Assembly (NCBI GenBank): GCA_030765625.1
Contig: JAVCCF010000089.1
Span: forward strand, 1-63,009
DNA: 63,009 bases
Source of the DNA: Candidatus Tenebribacter burtonii
GTDB lineage: Bacteria; Cloacimonadota; Cloacimonadia; Cloacimonadales; TCS61
Direction: 5' to 3'
Each line of letters begins with the position of its first letter. Position 1 is the stretch's first letter. Position numbers and translations under genes: made by a program. Positions 46,690 to 55,968 of this stretch are shown here, in pieces. The notes under the pieces were generated by a model that saw nothing but the letters and a program-made list of their open reading frames with translations, had not been told where the DNA came from and made no database searches.

Positions 46690-47676
46690 TTAAGGTACTT
46701 CAATTTCGTCGAATAATCTGGTTACAATATCTTCCTGTGAAATTTGTTCAGCTTCAGCTTCATAGGTAAGAATAATTCTGTGTCTGAGTATGTCTTTTCC
46801 AATAGCTTTAATGTCATCTGGTGTTACATAACCACGGTGTTCGAGGAAAGCATGAGCTTTTGCAGCTTGAGCAAGATAGATCGTAGCTCGTGGGGAAGCT
46901 CCACAATCGATAAGATTAGAAAGATCACTTAAATTTTTAAATTTATCTGGTTCACGAGTTACAAAAACCAGGTCAAGAATATATTCCTTAATTTTATCTT
47001 CCATATAAATATCTTTGATTAACTCTCTCATATCTAAAATGTCTTTTGGTTCCACAACAGGTTTAACTATAATTTCATCCTTTCTGACCATTTTATCAAG
47101 AATTAGTTTTTCTTCATCACGGGTTGGGTAATTAATGATGAGTTTAAGCATAAAGCGGTCAACTTGAGCTTCCGGAAGTGGATATGTACCTTCCTGTTCA
47201 AGCGGATTCTGAGTTGCCATCACTAGAAATGGTTTGGGAAGAGGGTAGGTTGTGTTACCTATTGTAACTTGCCTTTCCTGCATTGCTTCCAATAATGCTG
47301 ACTGCACTTTAGCGGGAGCTCTGTTTATTTCATCTGCGAGTACAAAGTTAGCAAAAACAGGACCTTTTTTAGCAACAAATTCACTGGTTTTCTGATTGTA
47401 AATTAGAGTTCCCATAAGATCAGCCGGTAATAGATCTGGTGTGAACTGGATGCGTTTAAAAGTAGATCTAATTGTATTTGCCAAAGTATACACAGCAAGT
47501 GTTTTTGCAAGTCCCGGAACTCCTTCCAGTAGTATATGCCCATCTGCAAGAAGTCCGACAAGAAGCCGTCTGATCATATATTTCTGACCTACAATAACTT
47601 TTTCTGTTTCTTGAGTTATCTTGTCGATTAACTCACTTTTTTCCATTACTTTCTGATTAATTTCTTCAATTTTCAT
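46690..47676 (-). CDS. moxR: MoxR-family AAA+ ATPase
   Basis: Contains Walker A (GVPGLAKT), Walker B (LADEINRA) and ATQNPLEQEGTYPLPEAQ.DRF. GGAGG lies 4 nt before ATG 47676. The 33-aa N-terminal extension in the track runs into repeat A copy 2 and is probably spurious. Confidence 0.9.
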   Translation of the reverse strand: MKIEEINQKVMEKSELIDKITQETEKVIVGQKYMIRRLLVGLLADGHILLEGVPGLAKTLAVYTLANTIRSTFKRIQFTPDLLPADLMGTLIYNQKTSEFVAKKGPVFANFVLADEINRAPAKVQSALLEAMQERQVTIGNTTYPLPKPFLVMATQNPLEQEGTYPLPEAQVDRFMLKLIINYPTRDEEKLILDKMVRKDEIIVKPVVEPKDILDMRELIKDIYMEDKIKEYILDLVFVTREPDKFKNLSDLSNLIDCGASPRATIYLAQAAKAHAFLEHRGYVTPDDIKAIGKDILRHRIILTYEAEAEQISQEDIVTRLFDEIEVP

Positions 47677-47714
47677 TGATCCTCCAAAAATATACTTATT
47701 TAAATATTCTGCAA

Positions 47715-47855
47715 AATGAAACAATGTCGTCTTTCTGAGGAAATCTTCGAAGTAATTTCTAACGAAGAATCTCATTATAAGCAGAGATCATTCCAAAGAA
47801 GAATATACAAGATCCGCCAGGATGACAAAAACACTCTATTTTGCAGAACTTTTAT
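47715..47855 (+). repeat. Dispersed intergenic repeat, family A, copy 2
   Basis: See 203-372. It lies between the phosphoesterase gene and moxR, and it generates the spurious ORF 47716-47946. Confidence 0.8.
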
Positions 47856-47888
47856 ACTTATTAATAAAAACTATTATAAAGAGTTTTG

Positions 47889-48407
47889 TTACAATTTATT
47901 TATTTGTTTTTTATTAAATACTTCTCCATCAAGATATTTGAACTGAATTTCAGCATTGTCTTTATTAATGACCATAACTACATAGGAAGCCTTTCTATCA
48001 CGGTCTCTTCTTGCTGTTAAATGACCAGGGTTGATAAAATATTTATCATCAATATGATTAAAATTAAAGTGGTGGGTGTGACCGTAAAGATAAATATCAG
48101 CAGAAATTGTGGTTTTCAGGAGATCTTCGAGTTTGTGTGCTAAAGCAAATTTCCAGTTATCAATTTCAATTTCTAAAATTGCTGGAATTGATCTATCTTT
48201 ATATCCCGGATGATACAAACCGGGAACTCTTATCAGTTCTACGTTATCAGTGATGTCAGAATTATTGTTCATATCTTCATAATTATCGCCCAAGTGAAAA
48301 ATATGAGAATATTCTTTTTCAATCTGAAAGACTTTTCTTAACATCTTTTGATTTTTATGAGTATCTGACAGAATAATTAGCTTTTTCATATTTATTTTCT
48401 CATCCAC
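47889..48407 (-). CDS. YfcE/MJ0936-type metallophosphoesterase
   Basis: Contains the LSDTH, HLGDN and GHTH motifs, at 172 aa. Confidence 0.8.
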   Translation of the reverse strand: MDEKINMKKLIILSDTHKNQKMLRKVFQIEKEYSHIFHLGDNYEDMNNNSDITDNVELIRVPGLYHPGYKDRSIPAILEIEIDNWKFALAHKLEDLLKTTISADIYLYGHTHHFNFNHIDDKYFINPGHLTARRDRDRKASYVVMVINKDNAEIQFKYLDGEVFNKKQINKL

Positions 48408-48446
48408 ATGTAGTGGCTGATTAGTAATCAGCTTTATAAGCTATCT

Positions 48447-50096
48447 TTACATCTTCTTTGGTGAAGAGATTCCTAATAAACCCAAAGAAATGGAGATTAC
48501 GTTTTGAACTGCACTAATGAGATATAATCTTGCAAGACTCAAATCAACTTTACTTTCATCAATGATCTTATATTTAGCATAATATTTATGGAACATCCCT
48601 GCTAGTTCATGAACGTAACCAGCTAATCTATGTGGCTCTCTATTATCCGCACAAAGGTTGAGAACAGATGAAAGATCCATCATTTTCTTGATGAGATTTA
48701 ATTCGTCAGTTTTATTCAATTTACTTAAATTCTTTTCATCAAATTTTTTCAATGTCAATTTTGCTTTTTTTGCTTTCTTTATAATGCTATTAATTCGGGC
48801 ATAAGCATATTGACAGTAGAAAACAGGATTTTCACTTGATTTTTTCTTTGCAAGTTCCAGATCAAAGTCCAGATGAGCTGATGGCTTTCTATTAATAAAG
48901 AAATATCGAGCTGCATCTTTTCCAACTTCATCTAGCAAATCATCCATGGAAACGATCTTTCCAGCACGTTTAGACATCTTAACAACTTCACCATCTTCCA
49001 AAAGGTTAATATGTTGGAGAAAAACAACTTCCAACTTTTCATCGTCCAATTCCAGTGCTTTCATTGCTGCACGAAGTTTGGCGATATGGCCATGATGATC
49101 TGGTCCCAAAACATCAATAATACAATCGAATCCGCGATTATATTTGGTGAGGTGATAAGCAATATCGGGAACAAGATAAGTTGGGTTACCGTCAGCTTTG
49201 ATAAGAACACGATCTTTTTCATCACCAAATTTGGTTGATGCAAAGAAAACAGCGTCGTCTTTTTCGTAAGTGCAGCCTGCTTCAGCTAAATAACTTAAGG
49301 CTTCTTCCAGGATGCCTTCTGTGCGTAATTTTTTCTCAGACATCCAGTTATCAAACTGTACATCAAACCGGTTTAGACTATTCACCTGCATTTTATGGAT
49401 CTGGTCTAACGCAAAGCTCTTCATCCGGTCAAGACGGTCATCTTCAGTCATGTGAAAAAGTTTGGTTCCTTCAATCGTATTCAGTTCTACAGCAAGATCT
49501 TTTATATATTCACCATGATAACCTTCAAAGGGGAATTCTTCAAGATTATGTCCATGTAATTCACGGTATCTGATCTCTAAAGATTCGGCAAAAATATCAA
49601 CTTGATTTCCCGCATCATTAATATAAAATTCGCGGAAAGGTTTAAAGCCAACATGATTCATTATCCTATAAAGACTATCTCCATAAGCTCCGGCACGTGC
49701 GCTGACAATATTCAATGGACCTGTAGGATTTGCACTGATAAATTCAATTATAACTTTTTTTCTCTGTCCATAATTAGATGTACCATAATTTTCTTTTTCA
49801 TTTAAAATTTTCTTAAGTTTTTTATAATAAAGAGAATTTGCTAGTTTGAAGTTAAGAAAGCCAGGAGCAGCGATCTCGATTGATTTGAAGTCTCTTTTTT
49901 TGGAAAGATCATCGGCAATCTTTTGGGCAAGATCACGTGGTTTTATTTTCAGAATATTTGTGTTTATAAGAGCAACATTACTGGAAAAATCACCATGCTC
50001 AGCAACATTTGGTATCTCAACAGTAAAATTCTTATTACAATTAGCATTAATTTTTCTTAAAGACTTTAAAATATCATCATATATTTTTGTTTTCAT
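48447..50096 (-). CDS. argS: Arginine--tRNA ligase
   Basis: Contains SANPTGPLNIVSAR (HIGH region variant) and KMSKR (MSK motif), with a C-terminal DALR-type anticodon-binding region. Confidence 0.92.
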   Translation of the reverse strand: MKTKIYDDILKSLRKINANCNKNFTVEIPNVAEHGDFSSNVALINTNILKIKPRDLAQKIADDLSKKRDFKSIEIAAPGFLNFKLANSLYYKKLKKILNEKENYGTSNYGQRKKVIIEFISANPTGPLNIVSARAGAYGDSLYRIMNHVGFKPFREFYINDAGNQVDIFAESLEIRYRELHGHNLEEFPFEGYHGEYIKDLAVELNTIEGTKLFHMTEDDRLDRMKSFALDQIHKMQVNSLNRFDVQFDNWMSEKKLRTEGILEEALSYLAEAGCTYEKDDAVFFASTKFGDEKDRVLIKADGNPTYLVPDIAYHLTKYNRGFDCIIDVLGPDHHGHIAKLRAAMKALELDDEKLEVVFLQHINLLEDGEVVKMSKRAGKIVSMDDLLDEVGKDAARYFFINRKPSAHLDFDLELAKKKSSENPVFYCQYAYARINSIIKKAKKAKLTLKKFDEKNLSKLNKTDELNLIKKMMDLSSVLNLCADNREPHRLAGYVHELAGMFHKYYAKYKIIDESKVDLSLARLYLISAVQNVISISLGLLGISSPKKM

Positions 50097-50098
50097 TA

Positions 50099-50449
50099 CT
50101 ATTCTTTTGTTTCCTTTTTTATTCTGGATCCGACAGTATAAAGATCATCTAATTTATAATATTCTCGTTTATCCTGACTAAAAATGTGAACAATAATATC
50201 ACCAAAATCAACTAATATCCAAGTACTGGAATTCTTACCTTCGGTAGAAAGTATTTCCATTCCATTTTTTTTTGCATTCTGAATAATGTTTTCTGCAATA
50301 GCCTTGTTATGCAGATCTGCTGTTCCACTACAGATTATCAAATGATTTGTGAAATCTGTTTCCCCCGTTACATCTATGTGCTTGATATGCACAGCTTTTT
50401 TTTCTTCCATCCAATTAATTATATTGGCAATTGCTTGTTTCTGTTCCAT
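50099..50449 (-). CDS. rsfS: Ribosome silencing factor RsfS
   Basis: At 116 aa, the segment D.F.I.SG.....A.A..I and WILVDFGDIIVHIF are typical of the iojap/RsfS family. Confidence 0.85.
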   Translation of the reverse strand: MEQKQAIANIINWMEEKKAVHIKHIDVTGETDFTNHLIICSGTADLHNKAIAENIIQNAKKNGMEILSTEGKNSSTWILVDFGDIIVHIFSQDKREYYKLDDLYTVGSRIKKETKE

Positions 50450-50455
50450 AATCCT

Positions 50456-50944
50456 CTATTTAAAATATGTTCTGTAATCTTTACCAAGAATAATCTGAAA
50501 ATCTTCTATTGTGCTATCGTCAAATACATAAATTCTTCGTGAGATTCCTGTTATTTTCATTAAATACTCTAGTTTCTTTTCATCTCTTCTTTTAACTACA
50601 ATAATTGATTTACCATAAATGAACTTATTACTTTTCACGTTTCCCCATGAAATTATATCGACATTCTCAAAATTCTTGTTTATAAGATTGTCTTTCACTT
50701 CACTAGCAGCACCCTTAACCCCGCAACCATTTAAAATGGATAATTTAAGGGAAGTTATCTCAATAATTTCAACTTTATTTTTTTCACTAACTTTTTTATT
50801 AAAGAACATAAAATAAGATGTTACATAAATAAGTAACAATATTGTGATACCTATTAATGAAGCACGTTTATCTATGCGAAACAAATTATTTTTTGGTTTT
50901 CTCATTGTCAAATTGTTCTTTGAGTTTGGAATATGCTTGTTCAA
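50456..50944 (-). CDS. LytR_C domain membrane protein
   Basis: An N-terminal TM helix is followed by ILNGCGVKGAASEVKDNL...ILGKDY. The annotated start overlaps the HIT gene by 59 nt; Met14 (50905) is an alternative start. Confidence 0.65.
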   Translation of the reverse strand: MNKHIPNSKNNLTMRKPKNNLFRIDKRASLIGITILLLIYVTSYFMFFNKKVSEKNKVEIIEITSLKLSILNGCGVKGAASEVKDNLINKNFENVDIISWGNVKSNKFIYGKSIIVVKRRDEKKLEYLMKITGISRRIYVFDDSTIEDFQIILGKDYRTYFK

Positions 50945-51383
50945 AAGATTCAGGGATTACTCTTGTTCCACCAATTGCAGATATGAAATTCACATCTCCG
51001 TTCCAGCGCGGAACAACATGCACATGGAGATGCTCATCAATACCAGCTCCAGCGGCTTTACCAAGGTTTATTCCAATATTTAATCCATCCGGAGAATAAA
51101 CTTTAGTAATTACATTTTCACATAATTGTACAGTTTCAAAAAGATCATCGATCTCATCTTTATTAAGTCCATTTAAATTTGGAATATGTTTGTTGGGAAC
51201 AACCATCAAATGACCGTTATTGTATGGGAAAACATTCATGATCACAAAACAGAATTCGCTTCTGTAAAGGATCAAATGCTTCTCATCATTATTTTCTGAT
51301 GGCTTAACACAGAAAATACATTCCTTATCTTTATTAGATAGAATATACTGCAAACGCCACGGTGAATATAAAATATTATTCAT
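50886..51383 (-). CDS. HIT-family nucleotide hydrolase/transferase
   Basis: Contains the histidine triad HLHVHVVPR, and CIFC and PYNNGHLMVVP motifs. Confidence 0.85.
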   Translation of the reverse strand: MNNILYSPWRLQYILSNKDKECIFCVKPSENNDEKHLILYRSEFCFVIMNVFPYNNGHLMVVPNKHIPNLNGLNKDEIDDLFETVQLCENVITKVYSPDGLNIGINLGKAAGAGIDEHLHVHVVPRWNGDVNFISAIGGTRVIPESFEQAYSKLKEQFDNEKTKK

Positions 51384-51488
51384 ATTATGTCCCTCTCGTT
51401 TCTCTCCATTTCTCTATTCATCATTTCGTGTTGTAGCAGTCGGCTTGCGATAGCAAACGACTTCTCTTTTATATTTGATATTCTTTTT

Positions 51489-52244
51489 TTATTCTTCAAA
51501 ATGTTTTTGCCTGTGCAAAAATTCAGTTTCAAGATTTGCTAACTGTTCTTTGGAATTTACTCCCGATGCTTCTACCATGTCATCTAAAATAACAGAAGTA
51601 ACAAGTTCGTTTTTATTATTTAGAATTTTTAAAGTATCTGTTAAATAATACTCATTTTGATTATTATTATTATCAATTTTTTTTAATGCTGCAAAAAGGT
51701 TTTTAGCATCAAAGCAATAAATTCCTGTATTAATTTCGGTGATTTTTTTTTCTTCTTTTGTCGCATCTTTGAACTCTACTATTCGTTGTACGTTGCCATC
51801 TGTGTTTCTTACAATTCTCCCATATTTCAGAGCATTATCCATAACTGCCGTGAGAACAGTGCAGGAAGCGTTATGCTTGCTATGGTGAGCCTGAATTTTT
51901 TTTAGAGTTTTATGCCTGAGAAGAGGAACATCACCACAAAGAATAAAAACATCTCCATCAAAATCTTTGAAATTTTTTTCTGTAACCATTACAGCGTGAC
52001 CTGTTCCGTTTTGTTGAACTTGTTCTACGAATTTAATATTATCATTTTTTGGAACAACATCGATCACCTGTTCTTTCTTGTAACCCACAACAATTGCGAT
52101 CAGATCACTATTGATCTTATTTGCTGTTTCTACAACACGGTTTATCATTGGCTTTCCTGCTAATTCAAAAATTACTTTCGGTTTATCTGATTTCATGCGA
52201 GTGCCTTTGCCGGCAGCAAGGATTATTGCAGCAGTTTTTTTCAT
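51489..52244 (-). CDS. Sugar-1-phosphate nucleotidyltransferase resembling only the N-terminal (uridyltransferase) domain of GlmU
   Basis: Contains AAIILAAGKGTRMKSDKPKV and QQNGTGHAV. The protein stops at 251 aa with no left-handed beta-helix hexapeptide repeats. Confidence 0.7.
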   Translation of the reverse strand: MKKTAAIILAAGKGTRMKSDKPKVIFELAGKPMINRVVETANKINSDLIAIVVGYKKEQVIDVVPKNDNIKFVEQVQQNGTGHAVMVTEKNFKDFDGDVFILCGDVPLLRHKTLKKIQAHHSKHNASCTVLTAVMDNALKYGRIVRNTDGNVQRIVEFKDATKEEKKITEINTGIYCFDAKNLFAALKKIDNNNNQNEYYLTDTLKILNNKNELVTSVILDDMVEASGVNSKEQLANLETEFLHRQKHFEE

Positions 52245-52696
52245 TTTAGTTCCAAAAATATATCTTTAATTTTCTTATTTATAATTGGATGAATTAGATC
52301 AGGGCATAATTCACTTAGAGAAATTAATACAAACTCACGTTTATGTAATTCCGGATGGGGAAGAACCAGCAATTTTGTATTCATTATCTTATCTTCATAG
52401 AATAACATATCAATATCTATTGTTCTAGGTCCCCATTTTCCCTTTCTACTGCGTCCGAGCTGATCTTCTATATTCAAACACTTTTTTAGAAGTTCTTCGG
52501 GTAATATATTTGTATTTAGCTCAACGACACAATTAAGAAAGTCGGGTTGATCTATTTTGCCATAAGGTTTTGTTGTGATTATTGAACTAGTTCTTTTGAT
52601 CTCAACATTTTCCAGTTCAGATATGTATTTTATTGCATTAGTAATATAGTTTTGTTTGTTGCCAAGATTTGAACCCAGACCAAGATAACAATACAT
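52241..52696 (-). CDS. folK: 2-amino-4-hydroxy-6-hydroxymethyldihydropteridine diphosphokinase
   Basis: Contains LGSNLG, WGPRTIDIDML and PHPE motifs. Confidence 0.88.
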   Translation of the reverse strand: MYCYLGLGSNLGNKQNYITNAIKYISELENVEIKRTSSIITTKPYGKIDQPDFLNCVVELNTNILPEELLKKCLNIEDQLGRSRKGKWGPRTIDIDMLFYEDKIMNTKLLVLPHPELHKREFVLISLSELCPDLIHPIINKKIKDIFLELK

Positions 52697-52705
52697 TTAT
52701 TTCCT

Positions 52706-53062
52706 TTATCTGTTTCTTTCCATTTCTACTTCTACAGAGCCAAGTGAACCATTTATTGGAACAGATGGTTTTTTGATCTTAACATTAACGTAAGTGATTG
52801 CTGGAAAAGATTCTAAGATAGAATCAAGAATAGTATTTGCACAAACCTCCAATAAATAAAACTCACGTTCTTCTAAGGTGTGTTTGATTATTGCATAAAC
52901 TTTAGTATAATCAACAGTATCTTCAAGGTGTTTGATCCGTTTATCATTTGCCTGTTCGGTTTCATACGAAAAATTAACGATAAATCTCTGTCCTAATTTT
53001 CTTTCTTCCGGGTGAATTCCATGATAACCGTAAAAAACCATTTCATGTAGATGAATTCTCAT
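52706..53062 (-). CDS. folB: Dihydroneopterin aldolase
   Basis: At 118 aa, with the GYHG....E...GQ.F pattern, and adjacent to folK. Confidence 0.85.
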   Translation of the reverse strand: MRIHLHEMVFYGYHGIHPEERKLGQRFIVNFSYETEQANDKRIKHLEDTVDYTKVYAIIKHTLEEREFYLLEVCANTILDSILESFPAITYVNVKIKKPSVPINGSLGSVEVEMERNR

Positions 53063-53078
53063 TTCCTGCCTCTATTCA

Positions 53079-53492
53079 TTAATAAAGTCTTTTGGTAATT
53101 TCAAAACTTAATTTATTTGCGAATATTTTATCGATAAGGTATATAAACAAACCACTTAATAATAAACTAAACATAGAAACAACAATAGACAAATCCTCAT
53201 TAAAAGTGAATAAATATTTGCTAATTAAATAGAATGATAACATTGCAAGAACTGGAATAATAAATACAACGAAAGAAGAAAAAACACGTAATGATGGCGC
53301 TATATTAACTTGAACTCTATCACCGATTTTTAATTTTAATGCTGTTTTTATTTTATGTAAAATAATTTTATCATTAACATTGCATATTCCGTTAACTGCA
53401 CAACCATCGCATGAACCTGTTCTTTCAACCTCTACATGAACAACATTTCCTTCGATTTTTCTAACAACTGCAATATCTTCGTGGTTATCCAT
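53079..53492 (-). CDS. RseC/MucC-family (SoxR-reducing system) membrane protein
   Basis: The N-terminal segment G.VV.VE..R..SCDGCAVNGIC is followed by two TM helices. Confidence 0.65.
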   Translation of the reverse strand: MDNHEDIAVVRKIEGNVVHVEVERTGSCDGCAVNGICNVNDKIILHKIKTALKLKIGDRVQVNIAPSLRVFSSFVVFIIPVLAMLSFYLISKYLFTFNEDLSIVVSMFSLLLSGLFIYLIDKIFANKLSFEITKRLY

Positions 53493-53496
53493 TTTT

Positions 53497-53970
53497 TTAT
53501 TTCTCTTTTAATTTATTAATAATATCTGTTGTGGATTTTCCATCAACAAAAGAAAGACTTTTAACCTCTCCATTGTATGAATTTACAATATCAGAACCGA
53601 CTATATCTTTGGGCTTCCAATCTCCACCTTTAACAAGGATATCTGGTTTAATGTGATTGATTAACTTATATGGAGTATCTTCTTCAAATATAACAATATA
53701 AGAAATAGAACAAAGTGCGGATAATACAACTGCTCTTTCTCTTTCATTATTTACAGGACGGCCAATTTCTTTTAGTCTATTTACAGAAGAATCACTATTC
53801 AATCCGAGAATAAGAATGTCTCCTAATTCTTTCGCTTCTGCCAAATATTGAACATGTCCAGAATGTAATATGTCGAAACAACCATTTGTAAAGATGATTT
53901 TCTTATTTTGGGTTTTTAGTTCTTTAGTAATAATAGCTATCTCTTCCCATGTTTTTAATTTATTTTTCAT
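53497..53970 (-). CDS. D-glycero-beta-D-manno-heptose-1-phosphate adenylyltransferase-like cytidylyltransferase (RfaE domain II type)
   Basis: Contains the nucleotidyltransferase motif TNGCFDILHSGHVQYL, at 157 aa. Confidence 0.75.
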   Translation of the reverse strand: MKNKLKTWEEIAIITKELKTQNKKIIFTNGCFDILHSGHVQYLAEAKELGDILILGLNSDSSVNRLKEIGRPVNNERERAVVLSALCSISYIVIFEEDTPYKLINHIKPDILVKGGDWKPKDIVGSDIVNSYNGEVKSLSFVDGKSTTDIINKLKEK

Positions 53971-55328
53971 TTTACCGGATAACTCCCATCAAAGCAAGCG
54001 TAACAATAACTTTCAGGTTTTTTTACAGCTTTTTCTAATTGTTCTAAAGAAAGATATTTAAGAGTATCTGAGCCAATATATTTCCTTATCTCATCCACGG
54101 ACTTGTTATTAGCAATTAACTCTTCCCGTGTAGGTGTATCAATACCATAATAACATGAATTTTTCACTGCTGGTGAGCCAATACGAAGATGGATTTCTTT
54201 TGCTCCGGCTTTACGCACAAGTTTAGTTATTTTGCGAAGTGTAGTGCCACGTACAATAGAATCGTCGATAAGTGTTACAACTTTACCTTTGAAAAAATTT
54301 GGAAGAGGATTGAATTTCTGATAAACACTTTCATCTCTAACAGTCTGTTCCGGTTTAATGAATGTTCTTCCTACATAATGATTTCTGATCAAACCCATTT
54401 CGTATGGTTTTTTCTTATATTTGGCATAACCGAGAGCAATGAAGTTCGATGAATCTGGAACCGGCACAACTATGTCTGGATTAATATCATCATTTTCTGC
54501 AATTATTTTACCGATCTTTTCCCTTACTTCAAATACATTTTCTTCAAAGATCACACTATCTGGTCGTGAAAAATATATATGCTCAAAAATGCAGTGTTTA
54601 TTGGTTTTTGTAGCTCGGAAGTCATTCGGATCATTTTCAATATTGGTTATGCCGTCATTATTAACAACGATAATTTCAGCTGGTTTTACCTCATTTATCC
54701 AATCCATATAAAGAATATCCAGAGCGCAGCTTTCTGAAGCAACTACAACTGCACCGTCTTTTGTTTTACCGTAACTCATTGGTCTAAGGGCATATGCATC
54801 ACGGAAAAGATACATTTCTGTTTTTGTTGCAAGAACTGTAGAAAAGGCACCTTTGACATATCCCATCATCTTTTTTATTGCATCTGGAATTGTATAATTT
54901 TCTCGTTCAACATGATAAACAATATATTTGAGGATGAGTTCTCCATCATTTCCGCTTGCGAAGTAAACACCTTTTTTTTCTAACCAGCTTCTTATTTCAT
55001 TGTAATTAATTATGTCTCCATTGCTTGATAGAGCATAAGAAGGACCGGAAAGTGTTTCAACAATATGTGGTTGGGAATTGTATATTGATGAAGATCCACG
55101 AGTAGGATAACGGACGTGTCCAATTGCGATATTACCTTCAAGATTCTTGATTTTCTCGGAAGTGAATACATCTTTAACTAATCCCATTTTTTTTCGTAAC
55201 TTGATGGTTGTTCCATTATTCACTGCCATTCCGCAACTTTCCTGACCACGATGTTGTTCAGCAAAAAGCCCTAAAGTTGCCATACTGGCTGCGTTCTCAC
55301 TTCCAAAAATTCCGATGATGCCACACAT
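53967..55328 (-). CDS. purF: Amidophosphoribosyltransferase
   Basis: It starts MCGIIGIF (Ntn Cys), has the PRPP-binding loop LIDDSIVRGTT and C-terminal Cys ligands. Confidence 0.92.
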   Translation of the reverse strand: MCGIIGIFGSENAASMATLGLFAEQHRGQESCGMAVNNGTTIKLRKKMGLVKDVFTSEKIKNLEGNIAIGHVRYPTRGSSSIYNSQPHIVETLSGPSYALSSNGDIINYNEIRSWLEKKGVYFASGNDGELILKYIVYHVERENYTIPDAIKKMMGYVKGAFSTVLATKTEMYLFRDAYALRPMSYGKTKDGAVVVASESCALDILYMDWINEVKPAEIIVVNNDGITNIENDPNDFRATKTNKHCIFEHIYFSRPDSVIFEENVFEVREKIGKIIAENDDINPDIVVPVPDSSNFIALGYAKYKKKPYEMGLIRNHYVGRTFIKPEQTVRDESVYQKFNPLPNFFKGKVVTLIDDSIVRGTTLRKITKLVRKAGAKEIHLRIGSPAVKNSCYYGIDTPTREELIANNKSVDEIRKYIGSDTLKYLSLEQLEKAVKKPESYCYACFDGSYPVK

Positions 55329-55341
55329 TTAGTGCTCCAAA

Positions 55342-55968
55342 TTAATTTTTCTTAAAACTAATTTTATTTTCATTTCCATTTATTAATCGTTGGATATTAG
55401 CTTTGTGACGAATGATGATAAATAAGGCAACGATAAATGTGAAAACGAGGATTTCTATCTGCGTAAACGAATTTCTGATGTTAATTACTAATTCGGAAAT
55501 AAAAAGTGTAAGAGCTGCTAATATTGAACCGAGAGACACAAATTTACTCAGCCAAACAGTTATAATAAATACCAATAAGGCGATTGTAATAGGAACGGGA
55601 ACAAGTGCAATGAAAACTCCTGCCGAAGTTGCAACACCTTTACCACCCTTAAATTTAAGGAAAATTGTAAATATATGGCCAATAATTGCAAATAATCCGG
55701 TTGTAATTATTATGAGATCAGTAGGTTCAGGTATGATGATCCTGGCAATATTCACAGCTAGAAATCCTTTACCAATATCTATTATCAGAGTGAACACACC
55801 GATCTTTGTTCCAAGGATTCGTAGAGCATTTGTAGCGCCAACGTTACCGCTGCCGAAATCTCTAATGTCAATTCCTTTAATAAGTTTACCCATAATATAA
55901 CTGGTTGGAATACTTCCAAGAATATATGTTGCGATGAGAGTTATAATAATATTCATATTACTTTTCAC
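55342..55968 (-). CDS. plsY: Glycerol-3-phosphate acyltransferase PlsY
   Basis: Contains the GSGNVGATN and KGGKGVAT motifs and is multi-TM. Confidence 0.9.
   Translation of the reverse strand: MKSNMNIIITLIATYILGSIPTSYIMGKLIKGIDIRDFGSGNVGATNALRILGTKIGVFTLIIDIGKGFLAVNIARIIIPEPTDLIIITTGLFAIIGHIFTIFLKFKGGKGVATSAGVFIALVPVPITIALLVFIITVWLSKFVSLGSILAALTLFISELVINIRNSFTQIEILVFTFIVALFIIIRHKANIQRLINGNENKISFKKN

Noticed and set aside
203-47855. I considered whether the dispersed repeats (families A and B and the CTTGCGAATGGT motif) form a CRISPR array.
   Set aside because: The copies are kilobases apart and in mixed orientations. There are no regularly spaced repeat-spacer units and no cas genes.
55412-55900. 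A 162-aa + strand ORF lies opposite plsY.
   Set aside because: It is antisense to a gene with clear PlsY motifs and has no independent support. The same reasoning applies to antisense ORFs 27584-28039, 17157-17519, 15426-15794, 12478-12807, 11328-11648, 49235-49573 and 49846-50181.
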